NCBI GenBank assembly: GCA_039802605.1
Contig: JBDRWW010000005.1
Location: forward strand, 1-64,000
DNA: 64,000 nucleotides
DNA from: a candidate division WOR-3 bacterium
Lineage (GTDB): Bacteria; Hydrothermota; Hydrothermia; LBFQ01
Direction of reading: 5' to 3'
Of the stretch, positions 59,472 through 64,000 are shown one piece after another. Every line of letters starts with the position of its first letter. The first letter of the stretch is position 1. Under the pieces are notes generated by a model that saw only the letters and a program-made list of their open reading frames with translations, had not been told where the DNA came from and ran no database searches. A program made the position numbers and the translations under genes.

Positions 59472-59552
59472 AAAGTTGTGTATTTTAAGGTTGTTAATTG
59501 TGGGTTTAATATGCCACCCCCGGTAAATCACTCACCCTTAAAATACCGTTCT

Positions 59553-59805
59553 TTGAGGGAGAAATTGGGTGAGGAAGCAACGGATTCGCTTAGTTATGGA
59601 AGCCGCCGAGGATAGGTTTGCTAGGAGATTGGCGGAGGAAATTGGGAAGTTAAGGGTGGAAATGTATAACGAAATGGGGAAATTAAGGGCAGAGATGCAC
59701 CAATTCAAAGGGGATATAGTTAAATGGATGTTTGTGTTTTGGATTGGACAGGTTATAGCCCTCGGAAGTTTGATGTTTGCAATGATAAAAATTTTTCGGG
59801 AATAG
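59553..59805 (+). pseudogene. DUF1640/CCDC90-like coiled-coil plus TM protein, frameshifted near 59592
   Basis: TTG 59553 frame LREKLGEEATDSL; second frame MEAAEDRFARRLAEE...IVKWMFVFWIGQ. Confidence 0.55.
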
Positions 59806-59817
59806 AATAACGGCTTA

Positions 59818-60735
59818 ATGAAACACCTACTTGATATTGAAACCCTGCAAGTTGAAGATATTTTAAAAATCCTTGATACCGCCGAGATCTTTTTAAAAGT
59901 TTTGGATCAGCCTTCCAAGAAATTACCAACGCTAAAAGGTAAAACGGTTCTGTTTATGTTCCTTGAACCCTCAACTAGGACTCAAATGTCTTTTGAATTG
60001 GCCGCTAAAAGGCTTTCGGCCGACACCATAAACTTCTCGCCCTCAAAATCCTCCATGCAAAAAGGCGAAACCCTACTTGATACGCTTTTGAACCTACAAT
60101 CTATGGAAATAGATGCAATAGTTGTAAGGAGTTCTTCGCCGGGAGCACCACACTTTTTAGCAAAACACACAAATGCAAGCGTTATAAACGCGGGGGATGG
60201 TATGCACGAACATCCAACGCAGGCCTTGCTTGATGCCTTTACGGTAAGGAAAAAATTGGGGAAATTGGAAAACTTAAAAATACTCATAGTGGGCGATATT
60301 TTGCATTCAAGGGTTGCAAGGTCAAACCTGTTTTTGTGGAAAAAGTTTAATTCAGAGGTTTATTTTAGTGGCCCTCCAACCCTTGTACCTAAGGAATTTG
60401 AAAAATTGGGGGCAAAAATTGTAAATTTTGACGAGTATATTGATAAAGTTGATGTTATAATGGCTTTGAGGGTTCAGAGGGAAAGGATGGAGGGATCGTT
60501 TATACCATCTGTGAGGGAATACAGAAAATTCTGGGGTATAACGGTTGAGAGGCTAAATAAGATTCCGGAGAAAACTATAATTATGCATCCAGGCCCCGTA
60601 AATTGGGGTGTTGAAATGGATTGGGAGGTTAATCATAGGGAAAACACCGTAATTTTGGATCAGGTTAGGAATGGCGTTGCGGTTAGAATGTCCGTATTGT
60701 ATCACTTACTCGCAAAAGCGGAGGATATGAGGTGA
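59818..60735 (+). CDS. pyrB: Aspartate carbamoyltransferase catalytic subunit
   Basis: EPSTRT, NAGDG.HEHPTQALLD, HSRV, RVQRER, MHPGP. Confidence 0.95.
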   Translation: MKHLLDIETLQVEDILKILDTAEIFLKVLDQPSKKLPTLKGKTVLFMFLEPSTRTQMSFELAAKRLSADTINFSPSKSSMQKGETLLDTLLNLQSMEIDAIVVRSSSPGAPHFLAKHTNASVINAGDGMHEHPTQALLDAFTVRKKLGKLENLKILIVGDILHSRVARSNLFLWKKFNSEVYFSGPPTLVPKEFEKLGAKIVNFDEYIDKVDVIMALRVQRERMEGSFIPSVREYRKFWGITVERLNKIPEKTIIMHPGPVNWGVEMDWEVNHRENTVILDQVRNGVAVRMSVLYHLLAKAEDMR

Positions 60736-61892
60736 AGGGGATTTTGTACTATCCTTACAAGGCTTTAACTGTTAAAAAGATCTCATTGGCCTTTATATGG
60801 GTCTTGATAGGGGCGGTTTTGTATTCTTCATTTACATATTTGGCATATTATGTGTCGGGTTTGGATTTATCAAGGGTTTGGGAGATAAACGGTTTATTCC
60901 CCATACCCATATGGGCTAAAACCTTTCCAAAATACTTGCCGGAAAGGGGGGGAAATGTGCTATTCCCCACGGATTTTGAGGTATTCAATTTTTGGGGAAA
61001 GGTTCTTTGGTTCTTAGGAGTTTATGGGGTTATATATTCATACTTTTCGGCGGGCATAGGGATTTCAAGGTTTGTTATAGAGGAGGAAAGGGGAGACCCT
61101 TTTTATCCATTTTTGGATGCCTTAAAGGAATCGTTTAAAAAATCCGGCCTCTTCATAACATCAACCCTAACCGTAATTTCCTCTTTTGTAATAGTGATTA
61201 TAGTTCATCTGTTGATTTCGCTTTGGGGGAATTTTAAAGGTTTGGTTTATTTAACAGGTGCAGTACTGATCATTGTTTTTCCGTTTTTGGTTGTTTTGAG
61301 CGCCCTGTTTTTATACCTGATTTTGGGATTTTTGAGCGTTGTAATCTTTGGCCCCGTAGTTTCCACATCAATGGAAGGGGATACATTTGACCTGTTTTAT
61401 GAAGGCTTCACCATTTTAAACGAGAGATTGGTTAAGGCCATATTTTTGGAAGGCATAAACTTTGCGGTTAAAATTTTCTCATTTTCCCTGTTTTCATATG
61501 TGTTTTTAAGGGCGGTGTTGTTATCTTTAAAAATTTTAACCCTTATATCCCCAAGGCTGAAATTCATCCTTTATTCAAATATAGACCTCGTTTCCTTTCC
61601 ACAACTCCATCCCCTACTATCGCAATACTTTGCCTTTATCATACCCCGTGAGTTTTTCGTTCCCATCGCCACCCCCATACCATCACCGCTTACAAATACA
61701 TTTTCTATCGTATTTTCAGTCTGGTTTTTTGTTTTTATGTTTGTATGTTCGGCGGTTTATGTAAGCCTTACTTGGACGGGTAGAACATATGTTTATAGGG
61801 AAATGGTTAAGGATAAAGATGGCTTGGATATATTTGCAATAAAACCAAAATTGCTAAATTTCAAGGTTGAGACCCAATCCCAAACCGAATAG
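60732..61892 (+). CDS. Polytopic membrane protein, unknown function
   Basis: Multiple TM segments; ERGDPFY, EGDTFD. Confidence 0.65.
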   Translation: MKGILYYPYKALTVKKISLAFIWVLIGAVLYSSFTYLAYYVSGLDLSRVWEINGLFPIPIWAKTFPKYLPERGGNVLFPTDFEVFNFWGKVLWFLGVYGVIYSYFSAGIGISRFVIEEERGDPFYPFLDALKESFKKSGLFITSTLTVISSFVIVIIVHLLISLWGNFKGLVYLTGAVLIIVFPFLVVLSALFLYLILGFLSVVIFGPVVSTSMEGDTFDLFYEGFTILNERLVKAIFLEGINFAVKIFSFSLFSYVFLRAVLLSLKILTLISPRLKFILYSNIDLVSFPQLHPLLSQYFAFIIPREFFVPIATPIPSPLTNTFSIVFSVWFFVFMFVCSAVYVSLTWTGRTYVYREMVKDKDGLDIFAIKPKLLNFKVETQSQTE

Positions 61893-63434
61893 CGTATTTA
61901 TTTTCCTTTCTTCTTTGGTTTTACCGTTTATAGCCTTTGATATTTCGGATAACTTAATCCTTTCGGCGGAAATCATCAAAATCCAAGGGGTATCCTTATA
62001 CTTGTAATTTAAAGATGTTCTCAGGGATGCGGGGTTTTTACCCCCTTCGTTTAGTATTCCTATGCCCATAGCGAGTTTTAAGGATTTATAGGTGTATAGC
62101 CCTTCAAACCTAAGCCTCTCATATCCCCCCAAAAATGCTATGAACCTTACAAAGGGTGCTCCCAAACCCATCCCAAAGGAAGAATTCTTTACGACATAAA
62201 GCGTTGTATTCCAAAACATTAAATCAACACCTAAGAATGCCTCCATCCTATCATCGGGGGTTAAGGTGTTATCACCGTAGAGGAAGTTGTCCGCGTAACC
62301 CCTCACAAAATATACACCAAATTCAACCGTTCTCTTCTTCTTATAAACGCTGCCAATATTTACAGGCTTGGGAGCTTCAACGCTTAAAGTTTCCCCTTTT
62401 CCTTTATCCTCTTCGGACTCTGTGGATTCTTCGTAGGTTTCTTCTTTTGCGGTGGTATCTTTCTCCTCGGGGTTCAAAAGTTTTTCAACGGTTTCCTTAT
62501 TATAGTTATCGTCAAACAGGGATGGTTTGAGTTTATAAGCGGTGTTGTATTCCCTTTGCGCTATCTTGTAAGCATTATACTTATAGGCCAAGAATCCGTA
62601 AAAGAAATGCCCTTCGGCGTAATTTGGGTCTATTTCTATGGCCTTTTGGGCGTGGGTTATAGCCTCGTTGTAATCTTCAAAGAAGAGGGCCTTTATCAAA
62701 CCCCTTCCCAGTTCCTCATAAGCCTCATACATATCCGTACCCGCATATTTTCCTTTGAAACCCCTGAGATCCACCTTCCTCAAAACCTTTTTGACAACAT
62801 GCGTGGGTACGGCATAAGATATCGCTTCCCTGCCGCCTCCCTCTTTGGCAAACACAACTCCAATAACATCCCCATTCCTATCAATCAAAGGCCCCCCACT
62901 ATTTCCCGGATTTACACTCATGTTTAAGGCAATGGGATTTGCATTTTTATCGGAGGCCACAAACCCAAACATAACCTTTAATTCGTTGTCATGATAAGAT
63001 GTTCCCGGATATCCCAGGGCGGCTACCGGTTCCCCCTGGTTCAAGGTTTCCCTTGAAGAAAGACTTATGGTTGGAAAATTCTCACCGGTAATCTTTAAGA
63101 CTGCGATATCGTTATCCGGGTCATCGTATATAACCTCCGCAAAGTATAACCTATCAACCAACTCTTTAAAGTTTGTAGCAGTAGGACCGTTTAACAAAAC
63201 CGCTATTATCTTACCCGACCTTATAACATGACTATTGGTTATTATTGTACCGTTTTTATCAACAAAGAAACCAGAACCCGTTGATACATTCCAATCCGCG
63301 ACCACATCCCCAACGGATCTGAGTTTTGGCAAACCAAAGGATATTATCCTGATCACGGCATCCTTTTTGTCCTTAGTTAATAGCGCATCCCAATTGGGTA
63401 AAGTTATCTGTCCTAAAAGCATTAGCATATGCAA
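61854..63434 (-). CDS. Trypsin-like serine protease with TPR, acidic linker and beta-rich C-terminus
   Basis: GSGFFV, TNSHV (His), DIAVLK (Asp), NPGNSGGP (Ser); AIEIDPNYAEGH TPR. Confidence 0.82.
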   Translation of the reverse strand: MHMLMLLGQITLPNWDALLTKDKKDAVIRIISFGLPKLRSVGDVVADWNVSTGSGFFVDKNGTIITNSHVIRSGKIIAVLLNGPTATNFKELVDRLYFAEVIYDDPDNDIAVLKITGENFPTISLSSRETLNQGEPVAALGYPGTSYHDNELKVMFGFVASDKNANPIALNMSVNPGNSGGPLIDRNGDVIGVVFAKEGGGREAISYAVPTHVVKKVLRKVDLRGFKGKYAGTDMYEAYEELGRGLIKALFFEDYNEAITHAQKAIEIDPNYAEGHFFYGFLAYKYNAYKIAQREYNTAYKLKPSLFDDNYNKETVEKLLNPEEKDTTAKEETYEESTESEEDKGKGETLSVEAPKPVNIGSVYKKKRTVEFGVYFVRGYADNFLYGDNTLTPDDRMEAFLGVDLMFWNTTLYVVKNSSFGMGLGAPFVRFIAFLGGYERLRFEGLYTYKSLKLAMGIGILNEGGKNPASLRTSLNYKYKDTPWILMISAERIKLSEISKAINGKTKEERKINTLFGLGLGLNLEI

Positions 63435-63498
63435 CCAATATTATAAAGCCGATGTGTTTGTTCGTTAAACAAAGCATTCCCATTTACAATAAACACCT

Positions 63499-64000
63499 AT
63501 GAAATTGCTGGAAAAGTTCAATTTTAGGAGATTGTACGCGGTATATCCCACTTCCGCGGTCGTGGCCACGGCATATGATGGGGAAAATAAGGCCGTTATG
63601 AGCTTGGTATGGCACACCCCATTGTCCTTTGATCCGCCTTTATACGGCATTTCAGTATCCCCCAAAAGGTTTAGCCACGATATATTTTTAAAGGCGCGGG
63701 CCTTTGCGGTTCATTATTTCCATTATAATTATTCCGATTTCGTTGAAAAGGTTGGTTCGGTTAGCGGGAGGGATGTTGATAAATACAAAGAGTTTAAAAT
63801 TGATTTCTTCACCTCACCGTTAAACAATCCCATAATAAAAACTGCTTTTTTGGTTTTGGATTGCTATTATGTTGAACACTATGTAATAGGCGATCATACG
63901 CTAATTGTTGGGGAGGTTCAAAGGGTATATTACGACGAAGGAAAAGTTGAAATAAAGGATGATTATATTTTGCTGAAAGACAAGAGAACGGTCTTATATG
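63499..64000 (+). CDS. Flavin reductase family protein (runs off window)
   Basis: Not in ORF track; MKLLEKF...WHTPLSFDPPLYGISV...GSVSGRDVDK...GDHTLIVGEV; TACAAT 8 nt before ATG. Confidence 0.88.
   Translation, partial: MKLLEKFNFRRLYAVYPTSAVVATAYDGENKAVMSLVWHTPLSFDPPLYGISVSPKRFSHDIFLKARAFAVHYFHYNYSDFVEKVGSVSGRDVDKYKEFKIDFFTSPLNNPIIKTAFLVLDCYYVEHYVIGDHTLIVGEVQRVYYDEGKVEIKDDYILLKDKRTVLY

Noticed and set aside
5..63665. Numerous 60-180 aa ORFs antisense to or nested in identified genes (e.g. 10794-11333, 44612-45106, 53367-53747)
   Set aside because: Shadow frames with no recognisable motifs, fully overlapping well-supported genes or tRNAs.

Overview
Very gene-dense, roughly 40% GC bacterial chromosome segment with strongly shuffled housekeeping genes. 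T9SS-like C-terminal domains, a PorU/C25 peptidase, LptE, A/V-type ATPase subunits and amino-acid catabolism suggest a diderm thermophile, possibly a WOR-3-like lineage (inference). Accessory content: (1) a complete type III-B (Cmr) CRISPR effector operon at 12087-23470 with Cas10 (GGDD intact), Csx1, a multi-TM CARF effector, the ring nuclease Csx3/Crn3, two cmr1 copies and an uncharacterised HExxH metallopeptidase as coupled first gene, but no array, cas6 or cas1/2 in the window; (2) a decaying type II R-M pair; (3) a lesioned Omp28/TlpA/barrel thiol-redox cluster. The most striking single gene is an 849-aa tandem tyrosine phenol-lyase whose two copies keep complementary halves of one shared active site. 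At window scale, most transcription units start with a (CCT)TAnAAT -10 box about 6-10 nt before the start codon (leaderless architecture). Both tRNAs abut a TTG-initiated CDS, all convergent gene ends overlap or abut with no terminator space, several genes appear to use ATA/ATT starts, and several exported proteins have ultra-short hydrophobic N-termini. All calls are motif recognition by eye; no searches were run.
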